Assembly (NCBI GenBank): GCA_963767925.1
Contig: CAVYGB010000010.1
Coordinates: 1,088,001-1,152,000, forward strand
Direction: 5' to 3'
From: an uncultured delta proteobacterium
GTDB taxonomy: Bacteria; Myxococcota_A; Polyangia; Fen-1088
Length of the DNA stretch: 64,000 nt
Position 1 is the stretch's first letter, and each line of letters opens with the position of its first letter. Positions 47,119-58,477 of this stretch are shown piece after piece. Made by a program: the position numbers and the translations under genes. A model generated the notes under the pieces. It was given only the letters and a program-made list of their open reading frames with translations, ran no database searches and had not been told where the DNA came from.

Positions 47119-50100
47119 CTACCCTCCCAGCACCGCCCAGGCAGCCAGGGCGAGGCCCAGCAGCGATTCGCCCGCGATGCCACCGGCGGCGAGCGAAGCG
47201 CCGTGGGTGTCGCTCCAGACGGGCCGGGCGCGCGCCACGGCGGCGAAGAGAAGCGCGCCCACGAGGATGGTCATCGACAGAAACGCCGGCAGCACGAAGG
47301 CCGCCCCCATCGCCGTCGCCGAGGGCAGCCAGCGCAGGCCGCGGCGCTCCAGCAGGGTCAGGAGGATCCCCGCGATCGCGGCCAGGGCCGTCACCTCCAG
47401 GATCAGGGGTCGGGCAAACGGCGCGTCGCCCTGCGCGGCCTCGGCGGTCGCCTTCCAGGCCAGGGCGGCCGGCGCCGGCATGCGCTCGGACCCGAGCGGG
47501 TAGGCCGCCCGCACCAGGGCAAACACCGGGACGACGACCGCCGCGCCGATCGCCGCCCCGACCACCTGGGCCAGGAGCTGCGCCCGCGGCCGGGCCCCCA
47601 GCCGCTGCCCGGCCTTCAGCGCCCACAGCGTCTGGGCGGTCTGGGTGGCGATGCCCGACACCAGCCCCCCCGCCGCCAGCGCCGGCACCACCCCCGCCCC
47701 TCCGACGCCGAGCTGCACCACCGACCCCACCTGCCCCACCGGCGCCTGATCCGTCTCGCCCGCCGCCCGCGCCGACGCCGCCGCCAGCAGCACCGCGATC
47801 GGCAGCAGCGCCAGCAGCACCAGCGGCGACAGCCCGAACACCACCGCCCCGATCACCCCCACCGCCAGCACCGCGGCGACGATCGCCACCGCGACGACCA
47901 CCACCCCCGCCCGGGCCCGGCTCCGTCCCGCCCCCGCAGGCGGCGCCGGACGTCTCGACCCGTCCTCGTCGCCACCCGACGCCAGCGATCCCGCAGTCGG
48001 TGACGAGGCGGCGTCCGGTGTTTCCACGCGCGCCCTTCGCAGCGCCAGCGCCAGGTCGCCGAGGGAGCGGGCGATGGCGGGGGCGGCGAGGGCCAGGGTC
48101 GTGAGGGCGCTGCCGACCAGCAAGGCCAGGCCGGGCCACAGCAGGATCGGCACCAGGGCGGCGTAGCCCGGCTCGGGGGCCAGGCCGGCGCGCAGGGCGG
48201 CGGGGGCGAACAGGCCCCAGGCCAGGGCGGCGCCGAGCACCATGCTGAACGCGATCCGGGGACCGACGAGGATCCCGGTCGCGAGCAGCAGCGGGCTGGC
48301 GGCGAGACCGACGGTCAGCGTGCCCGCCGCCAGCGCGCCGATCGCGAGGTCGGGCATCCAGGCGCCCGGGATCAGGTGCAGCGGGCCATCGCGCAGCCAG
48401 CTCAGGGCGCCCGCCACGCCCAGCGCCACCAGCAGCGAGACCAGGCGGCCGCGACCGGCCCCCTGCCCCGCCGCCACCGCCCGCACCACCTCGGCGGTCG
48501 CCTGCCCGGTGGGGAAGGGCAGCGCCTCGGACTCGATCAGCCGCGCCCGCAGCCAGGCGCCCAGGGCGATCCCCAGCCCGGCCAGCGCCAGGCCCCACAC
48601 CAGCAACGTCCCCCCCGGGACGGCGTGCCCCGCCATCACCAGCGCCGGGATCGGCGCCGACACCCCCGCCGCGAACGACATCACCGCCGCCGACGAGGCC
48701 ACGGTCTGCACGACGTTCAGCTCGCGCGCCGAGGCCGCCCGCCGCCCGATCGCCCCCAGCAGCGCCGACCCCAGCAGCGTCGCCGTGATGCTGCCGCCGT
48801 CGATGTACCCGGTCTTCAGCCCCGCGTAGGTGTTCGCCGCCGCCAGCACCACCCCGAGCCCGCCGCCCACAACCAGGGCCCGCACCGTGACCTCCGGCTC
48901 CCCCGCCGATGCAGCCCCGGCGGCATCGCCCACCCCTGCAGCGGGCGCTACCGGTGGCGCGTCCTTGTCACCCGCTGGCCGCATGGGGGCTCTCGGGGGG
49001 AGCTCGAGCTCGACGGTCCAGGCGCGGGCGAGCTGGAGGGCGCGGGCGTGGACGGGGACGTCGGAGAGGAACCGCTTGCGCAGGTCGGTGTCGGCGATGC
49101 CGTCGGCCCGCTCGCGCAGGCGCTTGCAGGCCAGGTCGATCACCGCGGTCGCCTCGGGCTGGCGCCCGGCGGCGGCCAGGCATTCGGCGTAGACCAGCCG
49201 CACGGCGGCCTCGCCCTCCTCGATCGAGCCCAGCGTGTCCAGCTCCTGGTTGGCCTTCTGGGCGATGGCGAGCGCGTCCTGGGTGCGCGACAGGGCCAGC
49301 GCCGCGGCGGCGCGCACCGCCAGGGCCTGCACCCGGGCGGCGGGCGAGCTCTTCAGCACCTCGATGGCCTCGTTGGCCAGGGCCTCGGCGTCGGTCGGCG
49401 AGCCGGCCAGCAGCCGGATCTCCGCCAGGTAGGTCCGGGCCAGGCCCTCCAGGCGCGGCTCGCCCTGGCGGGCGAAGCTGTCGATGGCCTGCCGCTCGAG
49501 CATCTCGCCCGCGGTCAGGTCGCCGCGGATGGCGAGCACCCGCCCCAGGTTGTGCTGCACCACCGCCTCCAGCTCGGCCAGCCCCATGCGCTGGGCGTCG
49601 GCCAGCGCGTCCCGCAGCACCGACTCGGCCCGCTCCCAGACCCCCAGCTCGGCCACCACGAAGCCGATGTTCGAGCGCACCGTCGAGACGTTGCGCACGT
49701 CGCCGGCCATGTCGAACGCCGCCAGGGCCGCCTCCAGCGAGGTCAGGCAGGCCGCCTGGTCCCCCAGCACCGAGGCCCGGGCCGCCTGCGCCTGGTGCAG
49801 CAGGGCCAGCGCCTGGGCGTCCGGATCGTCGAGCCCCTTCACGATCTCACCCATGCGCACGAGCATCAGGTCGGCCTCCCGGCGCCGGTCGGCCACCAGC
49901 AGGAAGGTCGCCGCCCAGGCCATGCAGATCACCTGGGCGCTGCCCGCGTCGGCATCACACTCGGTGTTGAGCGCGTCCCGGGCCAGCACCGCCAGCTCCT
50001 CCGCCTTGCCCTGCTTGGCCACCCCCACCACCGTCTGGGCCAGCCCCCGGAACCACAGCGCCGACCCGGGCCGCAGCGCCCCGGTGGCCTCGGTGCCGCG

Positions 50101-52929
50101 GGCGACCGCCTGGGAGAACTCCGCCCGCCACAGGTGGGCCTCGGCCTGGGTCAGGCGCAGGGCCCCCACCGCGTCGGAGGCCACCTCGGCCCGCCGGGCC
50201 GGATCCAGGGTGGCGATGGTGGCGAGCCCCATCTGGGCGCGCCCGATGGCGCTTGGCAGATCGCTCGCCCGCAGGGCCTGCTCGGCCGCCTCCCGGTACC
50301 AGCGCACCGCCCGCACCGGCTGGTTACCCCGCCGGAAGTGCTGGGCCAGCACCATGGCGTCGGGGCAGGCCACCTGCTCGAGGTAGTCGCCCGCGAGCTG
50401 GTGGCCGAGCACGCTGTCCTCCTCGGTCAAGGTGGCGTAGGCCGCGTCCCGGATGAGGGCGTGGGAGAACGACAGCTCCCCCTCCGAGCCCTGCCCCCGG
50501 GCGTGCACCGCGACCAGCTCGCGCACCACCAGCCGATCCACCCACTCGCTCAGGTGGGGCAGCTCGGCCTCGCCCCCCAGCAGCGCCGCCAGGCCCCGCC
50601 GGGAGAACTGCTCGCCGAAGATGCTGGCCGCCCGCAGGATCTGCTTGGCCACGTCCCCCTCGGCGTCGAGGCGGGCGTGCACCATGCCGAGGATCGAGTC
50701 GGGCAAGCTGTCGGCGCGCCCCTCGCGGGCCGCCCGCACCAGCTCCTCGATGTAAAACGGGTTGCCGTCGGCCCGGGCCACGATGGCCGCCACGGCGGCG
50801 GGCGTGGCCTGGGCGCCGAGCGCCTCCTTCACCAGCCGCTCGGCCGCCTTCTTCGACAGGGGGCCGAGGTCGATCTGCGCCGGGCGGCAGTGGGCCCACA
50901 GGTCAGGGAAGGTGTCGCGCAGCTCCGGCCGCCCCAGGGCCAGCACCAGCAGGGTCGAGTCGCGCAGGGTGCGCAGGGCCGCGTCGACGAAGGCCACCGT
51001 GCCGGCGTCGCCCCAGTGCAGGTCGTCGAGCACCAGCAGCACCGGCTGCTCGTCGCACTCGGCCTTGAGCCAGTCCTCGAAGGCCCGCCGCATGAGATCG
51101 CCCATGAGCTGCGGGTTGGCCCGGGCCGCCCGCAGCGCCTCGCTCTGCGAATCGGGAAAGGAGATCCGGCACAGCTCGCCGAGGAAGGCCAGGCGCTTGG
51201 CCGCGTCGGCCCCGCTCTCGGGCGCGTAACAGGCCTGCAGCTTGCGCCGGCTCTCCTCGAGCGGCTCGCCGTCGCAGATCCCGGCGTGCCGGCGCAGCAG
51301 GCGGGCCAGCAGGGCGAAGGGGGAGCCGGCGGCCAGCGAGTCGGCCCCGGTGTACATCACCTTCAGCGCCGGGGCCTGGCGCTGGGCCGCGGCCAGGAAC
51401 TCCTCGAGCAGCCGGGACTTGCCGATGCCGGAGGGGCCCACCACCACCGCCGCCTGGGCCGAGCCGTCGTCGAGCCCCGCGGTCAACATCCCGGTCAGCC
51501 CGCCGAGCTCGCGGCTGCGCCCCACGAAGGCGGTGGCCCGCCCGAGCAGCTTGCCCCGCCCCTCGGTGACGGTGGGATCGCTCTCCAGGAAGACCCGGGT
51601 CCCCTCGCGGGCGAGCTGGAAACGCGCGTCGGCCAGCACCGCCACCATGTCGTGCAGGCGGATCCGCCCCACCGGCGTGTCGCCCATCATCTCGGCGGCG
51701 ACGTCGATCATGTGCCCCAGCCCGACCGAATCGTCGTCGACGCTGACCTGGCCCGACACGACGACGATGGGCCGGTCCGGGGTGTGGCGGCGGGTCACCA
51801 GGGCGGCCTGGGCGGCGCGGGTGGCCAGGTCGGTGGCCTTGCCCAGCGGCGGCATGCGGACGATGTACGACCGGTCGGGGAAGCTGTGCACCACCGCCCC
51901 GAACGAGCCGACGATCTCGGCCTCCAGCGCCGACAGCTCGGGCGCCGCCCCCGCCCGCTCCACCACCACCGCGGTGACGTCGCTCCTGGCGCTGGCGAGC
52001 TGCAGGCGCGCCCCGTCGGGGGGACCGGCCATCACCAGGCAGGCGATCCGCTTCTCGGACAGGGTCAGGCTGACGCTGGCTCGCCGGCGGCGGTACTCCG
52101 GCCGCACGTCGGGCAGGTCCTCCAGCTTCTCGATGGCGGCCAGCAGCTCGGCCCCGTCGGCGGGGCGCTTGCTGGGGTCCTTCTCCAGCAGGCGGGCCAC
52201 CAGGGCGGCCATCGCGTCGGGCACGGTGGGCGCCAGCTTCTTCACCGAGGGCGCCTCCTCGAGCATGATCTTCGTGAGGAGGGCCCCCACGTCGTCGCTC
52301 TCGAACGGCGTCCGCCCGGTCAGGCAGCGGTAGGCCACGCAGCCCAGCGAGTAAAAATCGATGCGCCGGTCGACCGCCCGGCTCCCCATCACCACCTCGG
52401 GGGCGACGTAGGCCGGGGTGCCGAGGAAGACGCCGGTCTGGGTCAGCTTGCGCTTGGCCTGGGCCAGCCGGGCCACCCCGAAGTCCAGCAGCTTGAGGGC
52501 CTCGATGCGGCCGCCCGGCAGGTACAGGTTCTCGGGCTTGATGTCGCGGTGGATGATCTCCCGGTCGTGGGCGAAGGTCAGCGCCTGGGTGGTCCGCCGC
52601 AGGACGCCCAGCACCTCGAACAGGCTGAGGGGCTCCTTGTCGGCCCGGACATCCAGGCTCTCTCCGTCCAGCCACTCCATCGCCATGAAGTGCTGGTCGC
52701 GGGTGACCCCGTGCGCGATGTAGCGCACGATGGCCGGGTGGGAGAGGGTGGCGAGGATCGCCGCTTCCTGGGCGAAACGTTCGGCGTCTCGAATCTCTTC
52801 GCTGGCGAGGATCTTGAGCGCGACCTTCGAGCCATCAACGAGGTCATGGGCACGGTAAACCGTGCCCATGCCGCCGCTCCCGGCCTTCTTCTCTATCTTG
52901 AATCGGCCTGCAACGATGGAGCCGATCAT
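47119..52929 (-). CDS. Ser/Thr kinase - AAA/STAND ATPase - TPR protein fused in frame to an OPT/YSL-family transporter
   Basis: Kinase 'GSGGMGTVY', 'HRDIKPEN', 'DFG'; Walker A 'GPSGIGKS'; Walker B 'LVLDDLHW'; TPR-like helices; then from ~48894 'TVRALVVG...ANTYAGLKTG...LNVVQTVAS...LPFPTGQATAEV'. Confidence 0.82.
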   Translation of the reverse strand: MIGSIVAGRFKIEKKAGSGGMGTVYRAHDLVDGSKVALKILASEEIRDAERFAQEAAILATLSHPAIVRYIAHGVTRDQHFMAMEWLDGESLDVRADKEPLSLFEVLGVLRRTTQALTFAHDREIIHRDIKPENLYLPGGRIEALKLLDFGVARLAQAKRKLTQTGVFLGTPAYVAPEVVMGSRAVDRRIDFYSLGCVAYRCLTGRTPFESDDVGALLTKIMLEEAPSVKKLAPTVPDAMAALVARLLEKDPSKRPADGAELLAAIEKLEDLPDVRPEYRRRRASVSLTLSEKRIACLVMAGPPDGARLQLASARSDVTAVVVERAGAAPELSALEAEIVGSFGAVVHSFPDRSYIVRMPPLGKATDLATRAAQAALVTRRHTPDRPIVVVSGQVSVDDDSVGLGHMIDVAAEMMGDTPVGRIRLHDMVAVLADARFQLAREGTRVFLESDPTVTEGRGKLLGRATAFVGRSRELGGLTGMLTAGLDDGSAQAAVVVGPSGIGKSRLLEEFLAAAQRQAPALKVMYTGADSLAAGSPFALLARLLRRHAGICDGEPLEESRRKLQACYAPESGADAAKRLAFLGELCRISFPDSQSEALRAARANPQLMGDLMRRAFEDWLKAECDEQPVLLVLDDLHWGDAGTVAFVDAALRTLRDSTLLVLALGRPELRDTFPDLWAHCRPAQIDLGPLSKKAAERLVKEALGAQATPAAVAAIVARADGNPFYIEELVRAAREGRADSLPDSILGMVHARLDAEGDVAKQILRAASIFGEQFSRRGLAALLGGEAELPHLSEWVDRLVVRELVAVHARGQGSEGELSFSHALIRDAAYATLTEEDSVLGHQLAGDYLEQVACPDAMVLAQHFRRGNQPVRAVRWYREAAEQALRASDLPSAIGRAQMGLATIATLDPARRAEVASDAVGALRLTQAEAHLWRAEFSQAVARGTEATGALRPGSALWFRGLAQTVVGVAKQGKAEELAVLARDALNTECDADAGSAQVICMAWAATFLLVADRRREADLMLVRMGEIVKGLDDPDAQALALLHQAQAARASVLGDQAACLTSLEAALAAFDMAGDVRNVSTVRSNIGFVVAELGVWERAESVLRDALADAQRMGLAELEAVVQHNLGRVLAIRGDLTAGEMLERQAIDSFARQGEPRLEGLARTYLAEIRLLAGSPTDAEALANEAIEVLKSSPAARVQALAVRAAAALALSRTQDALAIAQKANQELDTLGSIEEGEAAVRLVYAECLAAAGRQPEATAVIDLACKRLRERADGIADTDLRKRFLSDVPVHARALQLARAWTVELELPPRAPMRPAGDKDAPPVAPAAGVGDAAGAASAGEPEVTVRALVVGGGLGVVLAAANTYAGLKTGYIDGGSITATLLGSALLGAIGRRAASARELNVVQTVASSAAVMSFAAGVSAPIPALVMAGHAVPGGTLLVWGLALAGLGIALGAWLRARLIESEALPFPTGQATAEVVRAVAAGQGAGRGRLVSLLVALGVAGALSWLRDGPLHLIPGAWMPDLAIGALAAGTLTVGLAASPLLLATGILVGPRIAFSMVLGAALAWGLFAPAALRAGLAPEPGYAALVPILLWPGLALLVGSALTTLALAAPAIARSLGDLALALRRARVETPDAASSPTAGSLASGGDEDGSRRPAPPAGAGRSRARAGVVVVAVAIVAAVLAVGVIGAVVFGLSPLVLLALLPIAVLLAAASARAAGETDQAPVGQVGSVVQLGVGGAGVVPALAAGGLVSGIATQTAQTLWALKAGQRLGARPRAQLLAQVVGAAIGAAVVVPVFALVRAAYPLGSERMPAPAALAWKATAEAAQGDAPFARPLILEVTALAAIAGILLTLLERRGLRWLPSATAMGAAFVLPAFLSMTILVGALLFAAVARARPVWSDTHGASLAAGGIAGESLLGLALAAWAVLGG

Positions 52930-52944
52930 GCGTTATTCAGTCAC

Positions 52945-53757
52945 CTACTCCCTCAGGAAGACGGTGATGACCTCGGCGAACACGCGGTCGCGCTTCTGGC
53001 GCCCGTCGCACTCGCGGAAGCTCCCGTCCCGGGCGGTGTCCTCGCAGACGCGGTCGCAAGACCCGACGACCTTCATCGGGCAACCGGCCAGCGAATCGCC
53101 ACACACACGCGGGATCGAGGGGGTCCCGGGCGAGTGGCAAGCGAAAATCTGACTCGAGCTATCGAAGAAGTTGCCGAAGTAGGCGGCCTCGCGGGCCGGG
53201 AACTCGCGGGCCTCGTTGCGCTCCAGCTTGAGGGCCTCGTGGTCGCCGCGCATCGAGATCTGCACGTGCTCACCCTTCTTGTTGAGGCGGGACAGCATGC
53301 AGGCGGTCATCCAGCGCTGGCACTCGCCGTCGCAGGCGTCGTCCTTCCACTCGGGCGCCACGCCGATGTCGCCCTCGAACTTGTAGCGCTTGCCGTCGAT
53401 CTTGTAGGTGATGCTGTCGTCCTCGGGCAGCGCGCAGGAGACCAGGTAGGTGACGAACTGGTTGACGGTCGGGTTGGCGAGGCCGCCGTTGAAGGCCAGG
53501 CCGTTGTACGCCATGCCGTTGAAGGCCAGGCCGTTGAAGGCCAGCCCGTTCCAGGACAGGCCGTTCCAGGACATCCCGTTCCAGGACAGGCCGTTCCACG
53601 ACATCCCGTTCCAGGAGAGGCCGTTTTCGCCTTCCAGCGCGGCCTGCGTCGAGGAGACGTCGTCCGCATCGATGCTGTCGATGGGGGGGCCTTCACAGCC
53701 GGCCACAGCCGCCAGCAGGGTCGTAACCGCAATCACCGAGAGTTTTTTTCGTTGCAT
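52945..53757 (-). CDS. Lipoprotein with nine NG(L/M)(S/A)(W/F/Y) pentapeptide repeats and a Cys-rich domain
   Basis: Lipobox 'AVAGC'; repeats at 53491-53625; 'YLVSCALP...GVAPEW...CQRWMTACMLSRLN...ISMRG'. Confidence 0.85.
   Translation of the reverse strand: MQRKKLSVIAVTTLLAAVAGCEGPPIDSIDADDVSSTQAALEGENGLSWNGMSWNGLSWNGMSWNGLSWNGLAFNGLAFNGMAYNGLAFNGGLANPTVNQFVTYLVSCALPEDDSITYKIDGKRYKFEGDIGVAPEWKDDACDGECQRWMTACMLSRLNKKGEHVQISMRGDHEALKLERNEAREFPAREAAYFGNFFDSSSQIFACHSPGTPSIPRVCGDSLAGCPMKVVGSCDRVCEDTARDGSFRECDGRQKRDRVFAEVITVFLRE
53491..53625 (-). repeat. 15-bp x9 coding tandem repeat
   Basis: NGLSW NGMSW NGLSW NGMSW NGLSW NGLAF NGLAF NGMAY NGLAF. Confidence 0.92.
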
Positions 53758-54003
53758 GGCTTACTAATCGGAGACCCGAGAAATTTTCTTTAGAGCCTCT
53801 CCGCAGGGCCCGCGGGAGGCCGCGGGGACATGTCGGTCCTGCCCCGCGCGGGGGGGGCCGGGCAGGTCGGCGAGAAGGCAGAAAAGGGCCATGAATCTCC
53901 GGAAGTAGATCGGCGGCTCGTCCCTGTCCGTTGAGGAGCTTTCACCGTGCACAGGGGGCGCCCCGAGGGCCCGCGACCGCACGGGTCAGGCGGGCTCCCC
54001 AGG

Positions 54004-55233
54004 TCAGAGCGCGCTCGGAAGGTTCGCCTCTTCTTCAGCCACCAGCCGCCAGCCCGGGAGCGACTCCCAGAGGCCGAGCGCCTCGATGCTGCGTCGGTCC
54101 AGGCCGGCCGGCTCGGTCACCCCCGGGGTGGGCAGCAACATCTCGTCCGCCAGGGCGCAGGCCACGTGCACCGCCGTCACGACCTCGAGCGGGTCGCCGC
54201 GCTTGCGCTTGGACGGACGCGGCTCGTGGTGGAAAGCCACCGCCTCCACCGAGGTCGCGGGCAGCCCCCACAGGCCCAGGAGATAGGCCCCCACCTCGGC
54301 GTGGGTGAAGCCAAACAGGAGCTGCTCCGCCTCGCGCGGCGGCACGCCCGACTTGCAGGCCTCTATGACGAGGGCGAAGCGCTCGGGCCACCACAGCCAG
54401 AGCACCAGCTTGCCGGCGTTGGCCAGCAGGGCGGTGGTGAAGGCCAGGTAGGCGTCGTTGGAGTTGGACATCAGCCGCCGGGCGATACGCGCCGACAGCA
54501 GCGCATGTTCGTGCAGACGGGCCAGCGACAGCCCCGGCATCGAGGGGGCCTGCTCGACGTTCTGGACCAGGCAGCTCGACAGGGCGAGGGCCCGCAAGGA
54601 GTCGCGGTCCATGCGGGCCACCGCATCGTCGAGGTTCCCCACCGGGTTGGTCTGCCCCCCCGCGCTGGAGTTCACGATCTGCAGCAGCTTGGCCGACAGG
54701 GCCAGGTCCTGCTCCACGATGCGGAACAGGCTGGTGGCGCTGCTGCCCGGCTGGATGAGGGTCTCGGCGAGCTGCTCGGAGACCGCCCGCTCGGTGGGCA
54801 GGCTGGTCAGGCGCGACATGAACCGGCGCAGCCGCTCGTCCGAGACCAGCCCCCGCAGGGCCGAGGCTCGGGCCAGCACATCGGAGATGGTGTCGGTGGG
54901 ACAGGGCTTGCTGAGGAACTGGTGGGCGACGCCCAGCGCGCGCAGCACGTTGCTCCGGTCGGTGTAGCCGGACAGGACGATGCGCACCACCTCCGGCTGC
55001 TGCTCCATGACGATGCGCAGGAAGGAGACCCCGTCCATGGCCGGCATGCGCATGTCGGCCACCACGACGTCGTAGGGCCCGCGCGACAGGGCCGCCAGCC
55101 CCGCCTCGGCGCCCTGGGCGAAGGAGAGGTCGATGGACCCGCGTTGCTTGCGCAGGCCCGCCCGCAGGCCTTGCAGGACCTCCGGCTCGTCGTCCACGAA
55201 GAGAACCCTTTGCATCCCCGGATCGACGCTCAC
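54004..55233 (-). CDS. Response regulator with HDOD output domain
   Basis: Receiver 'VLFVDDE...DMRMPAMDG...FLSKP'; HDOD 'DLALSAKLLQIVNS', 'HAEVGAYLLGLWGLP'. Confidence 0.9.
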   Translation of the reverse strand: MSVDPGMQRVLFVDDEPEVLQGLRAGLRKQRGSIDLSFAQGAEAGLAALSRGPYDVVVADMRMPAMDGVSFLRIVMEQQPEVVRIVLSGYTDRSNVLRALGVAHQFLSKPCPTDTISDVLARASALRGLVSDERLRRFMSRLTSLPTERAVSEQLAETLIQPGSSATSLFRIVEQDLALSAKLLQIVNSSAGGQTNPVGNLDDAVARMDRDSLRALALSSCLVQNVEQAPSMPGLSLARLHEHALLSARIARRLMSNSNDAYLAFTTALLANAGKLVLWLWWPERFALVIEACKSGVPPREAEQLLFGFTHAEVGAYLLGLWGLPATSVEAVAFHHEPRPSKRKRGDPLEVVTAVHVACALADEMLLPTPGVTEPAGLDRRSIEALGLWESLPGWRLVAEEEANLPSAL

Positions 55234-55272
55234 GAGCAGCGCCCATCGGCGGAAAGGGATCCGAACCTGAAC

Positions 55273-55830
55273 CTACCCGGCGCCGGTGCGCCCCGGTGGG
55301 TCGCTGCCCACAGCCGCCCAGGCCAGGTCGTCGGCCCGGGCCCACAGCCGCAGCGGCTCGGGCAGGGGGGGCGACTCGGCGGGGAAGCCCCCTTCGTCGA
55401 GGACCTGGGCCGAGGGGACGTTGCCGCCCGGGCCGCGGAACAGGCCCCGGGCCAGCCCCAGGCAGGCCACCTGCCCGTCCTGCATGAAGCGCTGCTCGAA
55501 CACGAACCAGCGGTCGTCCCAGCCCAGCACCCGGGTGCGCAGCTCGAACGCCGAGAACGGCTGCAGCGAGCGGCGAAAGCGGATCATCGCCGAGCCGATC
55601 AAGGGCCAGCGCTGGCGGTGGCCGCGCGGGCGGTACAGCCCCGCCCGCACGATGACGTCGAAGCGACCGAGATCCATCAGCGCCAGGTAGCGCCCGTTGT
55701 TCATGTGCAGGTTGACGTCGAGGTCGTCGGGCATCACCCGGAAGCGCAGCACCGACTCGGCCAGCACGTCGACCCGGGGCGCCCGCAGCGCCCGCAGCAG
55801 GATCAGCAGGGTGCGAAGCAAGAGGCTCAT
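55273..55830 (-). CDS. Thioesterase (4HBT-like) family protein
   Basis: 'DLDVNLHMNNGRYLALMDLGR'. Confidence 0.88.
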   Translation of the reverse strand: MSLLLRTLLILLRALRAPRVDVLAESVLRFRVMPDDLDVNLHMNNGRYLALMDLGRFDVIVRAGLYRPRGHRQRWPLIGSAMIRFRRSLQPFSAFELRTRVLGWDDRWFVFEQRFMQDGQVACLGLARGLFRGPGGNVPSAQVLDEGGFPAESPPLPEPLRLWARADDLAWAAVGSDPPGRTGAG

Positions 55831-55900
55831 GACCCCTCCTTGATACCCCAGCGACCCAGGGAGAAAAGGAAACGACGTTCGGGTCGGGCCCGGGCGGGCG

Positions 55901-58473
<2,573 letters not shown>

Positions 58474-58477
<4 letters not shown>

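Noticed and set aside
53491..53625. 15-bp repeats as a possible CRISPR array
   Set aside because: No spacers, in-frame coding repeat, and no cas genes in the window.
6837..53793. Very long ORFs such as 6837-10862(+), 16194-19439(-), 17018-22774(+) and 48376-53793(+)
   Set aside because: Antisense or off-frame shadows of real genes. Stop codons are scarce at this GC content and the translations lack motifs.
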